A stretch of DNA of 64,000 nt. Origin: an uncultured Solirubrobacteraceae bacterium (GTDB lineage Bacteria > Actinomycetota > Thermoleophilia > Solirubrobacterales > Solirubrobacteraceae). A program made the translations under genes and the position numbers. The stretch covers positions 206 through 64,205 of the forward strand of contig CAVWPV010000014.1 of assembly GCA_963756985.1 (NCBI GenBank), written 5' to 3'. The notes beneath the pieces were generated by a model. The model was not told the DNA's origin and made no database searches. It worked only from the letters and a program-made list of their open reading frames with translations. This document shows positions 18,293 through 27,746 of this stretch, piece after piece. Position 1 is the stretch's first letter. Each line of letters starts with the position of its first letter.

Positions 18293-19729
18293 CTACGGTG
18301 TGACGAACGCCCGGCTGGTGGCGTGGGCCGCGAGCCATGGCGCGTCGCCCTGCTGGAACGCCGTGGCCGCGATCATCAGCCGCACGCCTTGACCCCTCGC
18401 GGGCTCCGGCACCGTGACGTTGCCGGAGCGAAGCACCAGTGAGCTTGTCGCCGGCGTGCCCGCTGTGGTCTTGCACCCTTGGTGGGCGACGCAGTCGATG
18501 GCCAGCGGGATCTCCGTGAGCGTCGCCGTGCGGCCGCGCAGGACGGCGCTGTACCGGAGCGGGAAGATCACGCCCGTCGGCGTCAGCCTCGGCGTACCAA
18601 ACGCGAGCGTTGGCTTGCCGGCGATGAGGATCGACACGCACTGTGAGAACGACATGAACTGTCCGCTCGCGCGCTGGTGGCCGCACGCCTGCCAGCTGCC
18701 GGGCGCCAGCCGCAGCCGGTAGCGCCGGCCGGGATAGATCTTGACGGTCGATGCGTGCGCGCCGTTGGCGCGGGTGAAGGCCACGCGGATCGGGGCCGGC
18801 GACAACGAGCGGAAGTGGAGCGTGTGCCCGGTCACCGTCAGCGCACTGTCGGCGGACGCCCCGCGGGTCGTGAACGTCCAGTCATGAGCGGTCTGCGTCC
18901 CGGCGAAGCCGACGACCACGTGCGCGTGATAAGTCGCCCCGCCCCGAAGCGGCTTGACCGGGATGATGAATCCGCCCGACGCGATGTAACACGCGACGGT
19001 GCCCGAAGGGCAGGCGCTGCTCGCTCCGCCCGGGATGCGAGTGTTGCCATCGACCGTGGCGACCGACACCGTTCCCGATGGGCCGGTCAGGGTCACTTGG
19101 CTGAGCGTCGCGGGGTTGCCCGTCGGCGGCTGGTTCGGGGCTGCGACGAACACCAGCAGGTCCGGGCCCGTCTTCGCTCCGGGCCGCAGACCGACGAGCG
19201 TGCCGGGCGTGAACGGAAGCTCGTTGGCGACCTCGCTCGGGTAGATCGCCGAGCCCGGCCCGGGGTATGTGTAGATCGTCTGGCCCGGTGGCGCGGGCCG
19301 CGTCCAGCCGGGGAATGTGGTCGTGCAGCTGAAGCCGTCGAAGTCGGCCGTTCCGAGCGTCTGGAGCGCTGGCGCGAGCAACTGGTCGAGGTGCAGTGGG
19401 GCGTACTCATACGGGTTGCCCGTGTCCCAGCTCGTGTCCTCGGCGAGCACCGCGTTGCCGGCAGCGAACTGCCCGCCCGCGGAGTACCCAGGGTTCCCGG
19501 GCACCTCGGCGTGCGTCAGCTCGCCGCCGTTCGCTTGCATGTACCGGTCATGCTCCATGCAGTCCTGCGACCAGGTGGGGTTCTCGGTGAGCCCGGCCGG
19601 AATCCCGTTCGCGGCCCGCTGTGCGTTCAGCGTCGCGATCGTCTGCTGCGCGGTCGCGCCATTCGCGGTGGGCGCCAGCGCCGCAACAAGGGCTGCGGTA
19701 CAGATCACACTGCCGAGCGTCCGACTCAT
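18293..19729 (-). CDS. Secreted protein with N-terminal CAP (SCP)-like domain
   Basis: Signal peptide; LNAQRAANGIP...CMEHDRYM..LTH resembles a CAP domain; beta-rich C-terminus. Confidence 0.6.
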   Translation of the reverse strand: MSRTLGSVICTAALVAALAPTANGATAQQTIATLNAQRAANGIPAGLTENPTWSQDCMEHDRYMQANGGELTHAEVPGNPGYSAGGQFAAGNAVLAEDTSWDTGNPYEYAPLHLDQLLAPALQTLGTADFDGFSCTTTFPGWTRPAPPGQTIYTYPGPGSAIYPSEVANELPFTPGTLVGLRPGAKTGPDLLVFVAAPNQPPTGNPATLSQVTLTGPSGTVSVATVDGNTRIPGGASSACPSGTVACYIASGGFIIPVKPLRGGATYHAHVVVGFAGTQTAHDWTFTTRGASADSALTVTGHTLHFRSLSPAPIRVAFTRANGAHASTVKIYPGRRYRLRLAPGSWQACGHQRASGQFMSFSQCVSILIAGKPTLAFGTPRLTPTGVIFPLRYSAVLRGRTATLTEIPLAIDCVAHQGCKTTAGTPATSSLVLRSGNVTVPEPARGQGVRLMIAATAFQQGDAPWLAAHATSRAFVTP

Positions 19730-19780
19730 CCAGTCACCCCGGTACCGAGAATAACCCTCGCCGCGGGCGCGAGTTGCGGC

Positions 19781-20707
19781 TCAGCCGCGGAGCAGCGGTA
19801 GCGCGGCGACGGTGAAGTCGCGGCTGACGGCGTGAACCTCATCGGGTACGTGCGAGAGGTTGACATTGAGCGTGAAGCCCGGATCGGCGTCGAGCGGCCG
19901 GAAGAAGTCGTCGTAGTGGGTGGGGACGATCGTGCGCGGCTCGAGCGCCTTGAGGATCCGCTGCCAGTAGTCGGCGGTGAAGCCACGGCCGGCGACCCCC
20001 GCGAGGAAGTAGTCGACGCCCCGGTCGCGGATCGCGTCGTCGATCAGGTTCGCGCTGCCCTGGTGGTAGAAGCTGACGCCGGCCACCTCGATCCGGATCC
20101 CCCACACCTGGCCGCAGCGGTAGGCGCTGGGATTCAACCCGTCGAGGTGCTCACACGTGAACTCGCCGGCGGCCGGCACCGCGAGGCCGAGCAGCAGCTT
20201 CGAGTGGAGGCTTGGCGTGAAGCTGACCGTGAACGGCCCGAGCTCGTACCGCGCGTACGGCTGAACCTCGATGGTCTGCTCCGCGAGGCCGTGGAGCGCC
20301 ATCAGGTTGACCAGCGAGCTCGAGCCGAATGCCTGGCAGCCGAAGCGGCGGACGATCGCCGGCGCGTCGACGGCATGGTCGAAATGCGTGTGCCCGACGA
20401 GCACCCCGATCACGTTCGGTGCGTCGCCGACATACTTCTCCGTCAGCGCCGGGTCTGGGATCACCGGCGTGCGCCGGAGGACTGCGCTGAGCGGCACGCG
20501 CGTGAAGTACGGGTCGATGATCAACGTGTGACCCTCGAACGTGATCCGGTAGCCGGAGACGCCCAGCCATACGAGCTCGAGGCCCGCCGGCAGCCCGAGT
20601 GGCACCGTCTCGAGCTCCCGCAGCGCCTGCAGATCATCCCGCTCCTGGGGGCGTTTGGTTGCCATGAAGCGGGCGAAGTCCGCCAGGTAACGTGCTGTGC
20701 CGAGCAT
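19781..20707 (-). CDS. Metallo-beta-lactamase fold hydrolase (UlaG-like); start 20707 or 20665
   Basis: WLGVSG, IDPYFT, HTHFDH, later His ligands, PTHYD. Confidence 0.85.
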   Translation of the reverse strand: MLGTARYLADFARFMATKRPQERDDLQALRELETVPLGLPAGLELVWLGVSGYRITFEGHTLIIDPYFTRVPLSAVLRRTPVIPDPALTEKYVGDAPNVIGVLVGHTHFDHAVDAPAIVRRFGCQAFGSSSLVNLMALHGLAEQTIEVQPYARYELGPFTVSFTPSLHSKLLLGLAVPAAGEFTCEHLDGLNPSAYRCGQVWGIRIEVAGVSFYHQGSANLIDDAIRDRGVDYFLAGVAGRGFTADYWQRILKALEPRTIVPTHYDDFFRPLDADPGFTLNVNLSHVPDEVHAVSRDFTVAALPLLRG

Positions 20708-21041
20708 GGTCGAGAACGATCGCAGAGACCAAGGCCGAGTGCTGCTCTCGGTGGTGCGCGTATGGCTGCCCCTGCTGATGGCGGTGGCGGGAGTCGTGTT
20801 GATCGTTGCGGGCGGCGCGCAGGTACACGCGCGCGAGGGCCTGATCGAGGACACGCTTGCAGGAGGTGGGATCCTCAACAGCACGCTCGCGGCGTTTGGC
20901 CTGGCGCTGGTGCTGATCGCGGTGATGGTGTGGATGATCAACTGGCTGTTCCGGATGAGCGTGCAGAGCAACCGCGAGCGCGACCGCGAGGAAGCGGCAC
21001 GCGATTACTTCGAGCTGCACGGGCGGTGGCCGGATGAGTGA
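20706..21041 (+). CDS. Small two-TM membrane protein
   Basis: Two hydrophobic helices and charged C-terminus EEAARDYFELHGRWPDE; overlaps folP start. Confidence 0.65.
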   Translation: MVENDRRDQGRVLLSVVRVWLPLLMAVAGVVLIVAGGAQVHAREGLIEDTLAGGGILNSTLAAFGLALVLIAVMVWMINWLFRMSVQSNRERDREEAARDYFELHGRWPDE

Positions 21042-21876
21042 TTTCGCGGTGATGGGGGTGGTGAACGTGACACCCGACTCGTTCAGTGACGGAGGGTTGT
21101 TCCTTGACGCCGGCGCGGCGGTGCAGCACGGGCTCGAGCTCGCGGCTGAAGGCGCGGCGATCCTCGACATCGGCGGCGAGTCGACAAGGCCGCGAGCCGA
21201 ACCAGTGTCCGCGGAGGAGGAGCTGCGCCGCGTGCTGCCGGTAATCGAGGGTCTCGCCGGCGCCGGCACGGGCGCGCAGGTTTCGATCGACACGTCGAAG
21301 GCGGAGGTCGCGAGCGCCGCGATCGCCGCCGGCGCGACCCTCGTCAACGACGTCACCGCCTTTCGCGGCGATCCGTCGATGGCGAGCGCCGTCGCGGGCG
21401 CCGGCGTCGAGTGCTGCCTGATGCACATGCTCGGCGAGCCGCGCACGATGCAGGACGATCCCCACTACGACGACGTCGTCGGCGAGGTCAAGGCATTTCT
21501 CGAGGAGCGGCTGGCGTTCGCCGTCGCAGCCGGGGTCGCCGAGGATCGGGTGATGCTCGACCCGGGAATCGGCTTCGGCAAGACGGCCGCCCACAACCTC
21601 GAGTTGCTGCGCCGGCTCGACGAGCTGGTCGCGATCGGCCGGCCGATTGTCATCGGCACCTCGCGGAAATCCTTCCTCGGCCGGATCACAGGCCGCGACG
21701 ACCCGGCGCAGCGACTCCCGGGGACGATCGCGACGAACGTGATCGCGTATGAGCGCGGCGCTCGCGTGTTCCGCGTGCACGACGTCTCGCCCGTGCACGA
21801 CGCGCTGCTCGTGGCGGCTGCTACGGTCCGCGCCCGATGGAAGCCGACGACGCCGACGACGAGTACGAAGACGTAG
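21034..21876 (+). CDS. folP: Dihydropteroate synthase
   Basis: MGVVNVTPDSFSDGG, GGESTRP, DPGIGFGK, SRKSF, RVHDV. Confidence 0.97.
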   Translation: MSDFAVMGVVNVTPDSFSDGGLFLDAGAAVQHGLELAAEGAAILDIGGESTRPRAEPVSAEEELRRVLPVIEGLAGAGTGAQVSIDTSKAEVASAAIAAGATLVNDVTAFRGDPSMASAVAGAGVECCLMHMLGEPRTMQDDPHYDDVVGEVKAFLEERLAFAVAAGVAEDRVMLDPGIGFGKTAAHNLELLRRLDELVAIGRPIVIGTSRKSFLGRITGRDDPAQRLPGTIATNVIAYERGARVFRVHDVSPVHDALLVAAATVRARWKPTTPTTSTKT

Positions 21877-22268
21877 GCGACGACTCGGAGGAGGCGAGCG
21901 AGCCCGAGGTCACGATCGAGATCAGCGGGCTGTCGCTATTCACGCACGTCGGCGTCACCGCCGCGGAACGAGAGGTCGGCCAGCGCCTGCTGCTCGACAT
22001 CCGGCTCGACGTGGGCGAGAACGACGCGACGATCACCGACCGGATCGAGGACACGGTCGACTACGCCCAGGTATGCGACGTCGCCAACCTCGTCGCCCAG
22101 CAGCGGACGTACAAGACGCTCGAGCGACTGTGCTCGGCGATCGCCGAGCGGTTGCTCGAGCAGTACCGGCCACACGCCGTATGGGTCAAGGCCGCGAAGC
22201 CGGAACCGCCGTTCGCGCTGCCCGTGACCGAGGTGTCGGTCGAGGTGTGGCGCGAAGCGACCGGATGA
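21837..22268 (+). CDS. folB: Dihydroneopterin aldolase with acidic N-terminal extension
   Basis: HVGVTAAEREVGQRL, DTVDYA, KPEPP; between folP and folK. Confidence 0.9.
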   Translation: MEADDADDEYEDVGDDSEEASEPEVTIEISGLSLFTHVGVTAAEREVGQRLLLDIRLDVGENDATITDRIEDTVDYAQVCDVANLVAQQRTYKTLERLCSAIAERLLEQYRPHAVWVKAAKPEPPFALPVTEVSVEVWREATG

Positions 22269-22774
22269 CCGGCGGGTACCTCGGGCTCGGCTCCAACGTC
22301 GGCGACCGGCGCGCCCACCTACAGGCCGCGGTCGATGCGCTGCCGTCGCATGGGGCGGAGGTGATCGCGTCGTCGTCGGTCTACGAGACCGAGCCGGTCG
22401 GCCTGGTGCTCGACCAGCGTTCGTTCTTCAACGCGTGCGTTCGGATCGAGACCTCGCTCGGACCGGAGGATCTGCTCGATGCGTGCAAGGCGGTCGAGCG
22501 ATCGGTCGGCCGACAGGCCGGCGGCGTCCGGCACGGCCCGCGCGAGATCGACGTCGACGCGCTGTTACTCGACGGCGTGACGTACTCGTCCGAGCGGCTG
22601 ACGCTGCCGCACGCCGAGGTCACGAGCCGGCGGTTCGTGCTGGTGCCGCTGCTCGAGCTCGATCCGTCGCTGACGCTGCCGGGTGGAGCGCGGGTCGCGG
22701 ACGCACTGGCGGCGCTCGGTCCTGCGGGCCAGGAGATCCAGCAGGAAGGCCCGCCGTTGGTTGTTGTCAGATAA
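22265..22774 (+). CDS. folK: 2-amino-4-hydroxy-6-hydroxymethyldihydropteridine diphosphokinase
   Basis: YLGLGSNVGDR, SSVYETEP, GPREIDVD, LTLPH, RRFVLVPL. Confidence 0.96.
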   Translation: MTGGYLGLGSNVGDRRAHLQAAVDALPSHGAEVIASSSVYETEPVGLVLDQRSFFNACVRIETSLGPEDLLDACKAVERSVGRQAGGVRHGPREIDVDALLLDGVTYSSERLTLPHAEVTSRRFVLVPLLELDPSLTLPGGARVADALAALGPAGQEIQQEGPPLVVVR

Positions 22775-22788
22775 CCACTGTGCCAACT

Positions 22789-22818
22789 AAACAAGCGAGC
22801 GTGCTTGTTTGTTATGCT
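22789..22818 (+). promoter_or_regulatory. Inverted repeat AAACAAGC-N6-GCTTGTTT (candidate TetR operator) adjoining -10 TATGCT of a leaderless tetR
   Basis: Perfect 8-bp arms at 22789-22796 and 22803-22810; TATGCT at 22813-22818, 6 nt before ATG 22825. Confidence 0.65.
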
Positions 22819-22824
22819 GGCTCG

Positions 22825-23454
22825 ATGGAGGCAGCGGTCGAGGCGGTCCGGGATGGTCGTGTACGCAATGGGCTGCAGACGCGGCGGCGGGTGTTGGACG
22901 CGGCGATCACGTGTGTGGTGCGCGATGGGTACGCGGCGACGACGACGGCGCGGGTCGCTGAGGTTGCGGGGGTTTCGCGGGGGGCGTTGATGCATCAGTT
23001 TCCGACGCGTGAGGAGCTGGTCGCGGCGGCGGTCGAGCATCTAGCGTTGCGCCGCGGGCAGGAGCTGGCGCGGCGCGTGGCAGGGTTGCCGGCCGGTCGC
23101 GGACGGGTCGGGGCGGCTTTGGACTTGATGTGGGAGACCACGTCGGGCGACTTGTACGGGGCGACGCTTGAGTTGTGGACGGCGTCGCGCACTGATTCGG
23201 TGTTGCGCGCGCGGGTTGATGCGGTCGAGCGGCGGCTTGGCTGTCAGGTGCGCGAGCTGGTGGGCCGGCTGCTCGGTGATGAGATCGCGGCGCGCGCGGG
23301 GTTTGAGGAGCGGGTGCAGTTCGCGCTCGGCGCGATGCGCGGGATCGCGCTGTTGGACGGTTTTCACCCAGACGCGGCGGCGCGCGCGCGGCAGTGGGCG
23401 TTCGCGCGCGCTCAGCTGGTCGCCCTGTTCACCAACGGAGGGACGGATCGATGA
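22825..23454 (+). CDS. TetR/AcrR family regulator
   Basis: TRRRVLDAA...GYAATTTARVAEVAGVSRGALMHQFPTREEL. Confidence 0.92.
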   Translation: MEAAVEAVRDGRVRNGLQTRRRVLDAAITCVVRDGYAATTTARVAEVAGVSRGALMHQFPTREELVAAAVEHLALRRGQELARRVAGLPAGRGRVGAALDLMWETTSGDLYGATLELWTASRTDSVLRARVDAVERRLGCQVRELVGRLLGDEIAARAGFEERVQFALGAMRGIALLDGFHPDAAARARQWAFARAQLVALFTNGGTDR

Positions 23455-25094
23455 CGGCGACACAGACACCAGGCGGACAGCGGGCGATGGTGCGGCCTGA
23501 GCGGGTCGTGGGTGAGCTGCTGCGCGCGCAGGCCCGGGTGACGCCCGAGGCGCGGTTTCTGACCTGCGGGGAGCACGAGCTGGGATTCGGTGCGCTTGAT
23601 CGGCGCAGCGACGAGGTGGCGGCGGGCCTGTGGGCGGCTGGCGTGGGCCAGGGTGATCGTGTCGCGATCGTCTGCCTGAACCGCGTGGAGATGCTCGAGC
23701 TGTTCTTCGGGGTGGCCAAGCTCGGCGCGATCCAGGTCCCACTGAACGCGTTTTTGAAGGGGGAGTTCCTGCGCTACCAGCTCGCGGACTGCAAGGCGTC
23801 GGCGCTGGTGGTCGACGCGGCCGCGCTGGAGGCCGTCGCACCGATGCTCTCGACGCTCAAGGATCTGCGGCTGCTGGTCACCCTCGACGAGCACCCGCCG
23901 GTGCGCGTGCCGCCCGTGGTCCGGGCGTGCTCGTACGCCGAGGTGACGGCGGCAGCGTCGGGGCCGGCGCCTGCGGTGCAGGTGGCGCCGGCGGACCTGA
24001 TGTCGATCGTGTACACGTCCGGCACGACCGGTCAGCCGAAGGGCTGCATGCTCAGCCACGGGTACTACGCGCGCGTGGGCCGCGTCAGCGGCGACGCGAG
24101 CGAGCTGGCCGTCGACGATGTGATGTGGACGGCGTTGCCGATGTTTCATGGCGCCGCGCGGATGATGATCCTGACGGCCGGCCTGCTTCGCGGCCTGCCG
24201 GTGGTGATCGACCCGCAGTTCTCGGCGAGTGGGTTCCTGGCGCGCGCGAGACAGGTCGGCGCGACGATCTTCTCCGGCGTGGGAGCGATGGGCAGCGCAC
24301 TGCTCGGCACCGAGGGCTCCAGTGAGGATCGCGCGCATCAACTGCGCGCGATCGCGCTGATCCCGTTCCCCGCCGAGCGCCAGCACGCCTTGGCTGAGCG
24401 TTTCGGGGTGGACGTGCGCGCGGAGCTGTTCGGGCAGACCGAGTGCGTGCCGATCACCTATAGCCCGGTCTCCGGGCCACGGAACCGGGCCAGCTGCGGC
24501 CGTCCCGCACCAGATCTCGACGTCGCACTGCTCGACGACGACGACCGGCAGGTGGCGCCCGGTCAGGTCGGTGAGATCTGCGCGCGGCCGCGGGAGCCGC
24601 TGTCGATGTTCTCCGGGTACTGGGGCAAGCCAGAGGCGACCGTCGAGGCGTCACGCACACTGTGGCATCACACCGGTGACTACGGCCGCGCCGTGGAGGA
24701 CGGGTTCATCGTGTTCGTTGACCGTAAGAAGGACGCGGTCCGCCGGCGCGGCGAGAACGTCTCAACCCAGGAGCTCGAAGCGGCGATCGGCCTGCACCCC
24801 GCGATCGCGGAGGTCGCCGCGCACGCCGTCCCCTCAGCGGCCACCGACGACGACATCAAAGTCTGCCTCGTCCTCGCCGCCGGATCCGAGGTCACGCCCG
24901 CGGAGCTGTTCTCGTTCTTCAAGGAAAGGCTGCCGTTCTTCGCGATCCCCCGCTACGTCGAGGTCGTCCCCGAGCTCCCGAAGAACGCGGTCGCGCGCGT
25001 GCTCAAGCACGAGCTGCGCAAGCGGCCGATGACTGACGCGGTGTGGGATTTCGAGGCGCTCGGTCTGACCGTCGGCCGCGACGAGCGGCGGTAG
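23451..25094 (+). CDS. Acyl-CoA ligase (CaiC-like AMP-binding protein)
   Basis: YTSGTTGQPKG, FGQTE, HTGD, DRKKDAVRRRGENVS, LPKN. Confidence 0.9.
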   Translation: MTATQTPGGQRAMVRPERVVGELLRAQARVTPEARFLTCGEHELGFGALDRRSDEVAAGLWAAGVGQGDRVAIVCLNRVEMLELFFGVAKLGAIQVPLNAFLKGEFLRYQLADCKASALVVDAAALEAVAPMLSTLKDLRLLVTLDEHPPVRVPPVVRACSYAEVTAAASGPAPAVQVAPADLMSIVYTSGTTGQPKGCMLSHGYYARVGRVSGDASELAVDDVMWTALPMFHGAARMMILTAGLLRGLPVVIDPQFSASGFLARARQVGATIFSGVGAMGSALLGTEGSSEDRAHQLRAIALIPFPAERQHALAERFGVDVRAELFGQTECVPITYSPVSGPRNRASCGRPAPDLDVALLDDDDRQVAPGQVGEICARPREPLSMFSGYWGKPEATVEASRTLWHHTGDYGRAVEDGFIVFVDRKKDAVRRRGENVSTQELEAAIGLHPAIAEVAAHAVPSAATDDDIKVCLVLAAGSEVTPAELFSFFKERLPFFAIPRYVEVVPELPKNAVARVLKHELRKRPMTDAVWDFEALGLTVGRDERR

Positions 25095-25098
25095 CTCG

Positions 25099-26100
25099 GT
25101 GGCGCTCCCCGCCCACTGGCGCGAACGGCTGGCGCTGCCGCTGATCGCCGCGCCGATGACGCTCGTCTCAAGCCCCGAGCTGGCGATCGCCGCATGCGTC
25201 AACGGCGTGATCGGCAGCTTCCCCAGCCACAACGCGACCACGACCGGCGAGCTGTCGCGGTGTCTGGCGCTGATCGCCGGCGAGCTTGAACAGCGCGGCC
25301 GCCAGACCGGGGTGAGCGCGGCGCCGCTGGCCGTCAACATCGTCGTTCACCGCAGCAACCGGCGACTGCAGCAGGACCTCGAGCAGGTCATCGCACATCA
25401 GGTCGAGCTCGTGATCGCCAGCGTCGGCAGCCCCGCGGCGATCGTCGCGCCGCTGCATGCCGCGGGCTGTTTGGTGTTCGCCGACGTCGCGACGATCCGC
25501 CACGTCGACCGCGCGCTCGAGGCCGGCGTGGACGGCCTCGTGCTGCTCAGCGCCGGCGCGGGCGGCCAGACCGGCTGGCTGAACCCGCTCGCGTTCCTAA
25601 GCGCCGTTCGCGCCATATACGACGGCTCGGTGGTGCTCGCCGGCGGGATCGCCGACGGCGCCTGCCTGTGGGCCGCACAGGTCGCCGGCGCCGACCTCGC
25701 CTACATGGGCACGAAGTTCATCGCCACCACTCAGAGCGCCGCGCCTGAGGCCTACAAGCACGCCGTCGTGGACGCCGGCATCGACGACATCGAGTTGACG
25801 ACCAAGCTCACCGGACTGCCCGTCAGCGTGATCGCCGGGCACACCGCAACCACAGATGACGCGGCCGGCGGCAACGGGGCGCGGAGCTTTGATCACGGCC
25901 GACTGCTCGGCCGGCCGGACGCGAGCGAGCCTCAGGACGTCTGCAGCGCGGGTCACAGCGTCACGGGCGTCGACGACGTCGTCGACGCCGGAACCCTGAT
26001 CAAGCGCACCGCCGCCGAGTACCTGAAGGCCCGCGAGGGGACCCGCGCGCTGCTCGCCCGGACAGCAGCGAGCCCGATCGCGAATGCCGGTGCGCGATGA
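25099..26100 (+). CDS. Nitronate monooxygenase / 2-nitropropane dioxygenase family flavoprotein
   Basis: PLIAAPM, GAGGQTG, LAGGIADG, AYMGTKFIAT, SAG. Confidence 0.85.
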   Translation: MALPAHWRERLALPLIAAPMTLVSSPELAIAACVNGVIGSFPSHNATTTGELSRCLALIAGELEQRGRQTGVSAAPLAVNIVVHRSNRRLQQDLEQVIAHQVELVIASVGSPAAIVAPLHAAGCLVFADVATIRHVDRALEAGVDGLVLLSAGAGGQTGWLNPLAFLSAVRAIYDGSVVLAGGIADGACLWAAQVAGADLAYMGTKFIATTQSAAPEAYKHAVVDAGIDDIELTTKLTGLPVSVIAGHTATTDDAAGGNGARSFDHGRLLGRPDASEPQDVCSAGHSVTGVDDVVDAGTLIKRTAAEYLKAREGTRALLARTAASPIANAGAR

Positions 26101-26918
26101 GCCAGAACGACGCAAGTGGCTGGCACAAGATCGACACCGGCACCGGGCGCCCGCTGGTGCTGCTGCACCCAGGCGGCTGGTCGAGCGACAGTTGGCTGCC
26201 CGTGCTCGACCTACTCGCCGCGCAGCGGCGGGTGATCGCGTACGACGTCCCTGGATTCGGCCGCACCCCAGCACCACCAGACGCCGACTACACCTTCGAG
26301 TGGGTGCTTGACGGACTCGAGCAGCAACTCGACCGCGCCGGCGTGACGACGCCAGTTGACATCGCGGGCAACTCAATGGGCGGATGGATCGCGCTGGAGG
26401 CCGCCAAGCGCGGCCTCGCGCGCTCGGTCGTCGCACTCGGGCCCGCCGGCCTGTGGGAGCACGGCATGCCCCCACTGCTGCAGCACCAATTCCGGGTCAT
26501 GCTGCTCGGCTGCCAAGCACTCCGCGGCCCCGCCGCGGCCGTCCTGCGCATCCCCCACCTCCGGCGCGCAGCGCTCTACCCGGGGTTCGCCAAAGTCGAC
26601 CGCATCTCATACGACACCGCCATCTCGATCGTCAGGGCGTTCAACCACAGCCGGCCCGTGCTGGCACCACTCCTGCGCGACGCCCGCACGATGAGCTTTC
26701 AGGACGGACGTGACATCCAGGTCCCAGTCACGATTGCCTACGGAGCCCACGACCGCATGGTCCACCCCCCGGGACCGAACGTCCGCGCCCAGCTGCCGGC
26801 ACACACCCGCTGGCTCGACCTCCCCGGCTGCGGCCACACCCCAATGTCAGACGACCCCGAACTCGTCGCCCGCACGATCCTCGAAGGAACCGTTACCACA
26901 CGGGTGCGAGCTCGTTGA
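26097..26918 (+). CDS. Alpha/beta hydrolase
   Basis: PGFG, GNSMGG nucleophile elbow, Asp in YGAHD, His in GCGH. Confidence 0.9.
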   Translation: MSQNDASGWHKIDTGTGRPLVLLHPGGWSSDSWLPVLDLLAAQRRVIAYDVPGFGRTPAPPDADYTFEWVLDGLEQQLDRAGVTTPVDIAGNSMGGWIALEAAKRGLARSVVALGPAGLWEHGMPPLLQHQFRVMLLGCQALRGPAAAVLRIPHLRRAALYPGFAKVDRISYDTAISIVRAFNHSRPVLAPLLRDARTMSFQDGRDIQVPVTIAYGAHDRMVHPPGPNVRAQLPAHTRWLDLPGCGHTPMSDDPELVARTILEGTVTTRVRAR

Positions 26919-26969
26919 TGAGGCAGAGCCGCAGCTTCATCGGGGCGCGAGCATAGACTCCGGGCCGCG

Positions 26970-27746
26970 ATGCTGCTCGTGGTCGACGTCGGAAACACGC
27001 AGACCCATTTCGGGGTGATCCCGGAGGATTCCACGGAGATCGCCGAGCATTGGCGGTTCGCGACCGTGCGTGAGTCAACCGGCGACGAGCTCGGGGCCGA
27101 GCTCTCGAACCTACTCGCGCTCCGGGGACTGTCGCTCGCCGACGTGGACGCCTCAATCGTCTCCTCGACGGTCCCGCAACTCTCGCAGCAGTGGACGTTG
27201 ATGGCCGAGCGCTACCTGGGCCAGGAGATGCTGGTCGTCGGCCCGACGATCAGGACCGGAATGCCGATCCGGATGGACAACCCGCACGAGGTCGGCGCCG
27301 ATCGGCTCGTGAACGCGGTCTCCGCGTACGCGCGCGTCGGCGACACATGCGTGGTTGTCGACTTCGGCACCGCGATCACCTACGACGCGGTCTCGTCCGC
27401 CGGCGAGTACCTCGGCGGGATCATCACTCCGGGCGCCGAGATCTCGATCGACGCGCTGTACGACCGCGCGGCGAAGCTGCCGAAGGTCGAGCTCGCGGAG
27501 CCCCGCTCTCTGATCGGCAAGTCGACGGTCGATGCGATCCGCGCGGGAATCGTGTTCGGCTTCGCCGGTCAGGTCGAGACGATCGTCAAGCGCCTGCGCG
27601 ACGAGCTAGGCCCGCCGACGCACGTGATCGCGACCGGTGGTCTGGCGGAGGTGCTCGTCCCGTTCATCCGCGAGACGATCGATGAGGTCGACGAGATGCT
27701 GACGCTGACCGGATTGCGCTTGATCTGGGAGCGAAATCAGTCGTAA
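26970..27746 (+). CDS. coaX: Type III pantothenate kinase
   Basis: DVGNT, SSTVP, VGADR, VVDFGTA, GGIITPG, ATGG. Confidence 0.95.
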   Translation: MLLVVDVGNTQTHFGVIPEDSTEIAEHWRFATVRESTGDELGAELSNLLALRGLSLADVDASIVSSTVPQLSQQWTLMAERYLGQEMLVVGPTIRTGMPIRMDNPHEVGADRLVNAVSAYARVGDTCVVVDFGTAITYDAVSSAGEYLGGIITPGAEISIDALYDRAAKLPKVELAEPRSLIGKSTVDAIRAGIVFGFAGQVETIVKRLRDELGPPTHVIATGGLAEVLVPFIRETIDEVDEMLTLTGLRLIWERNQS

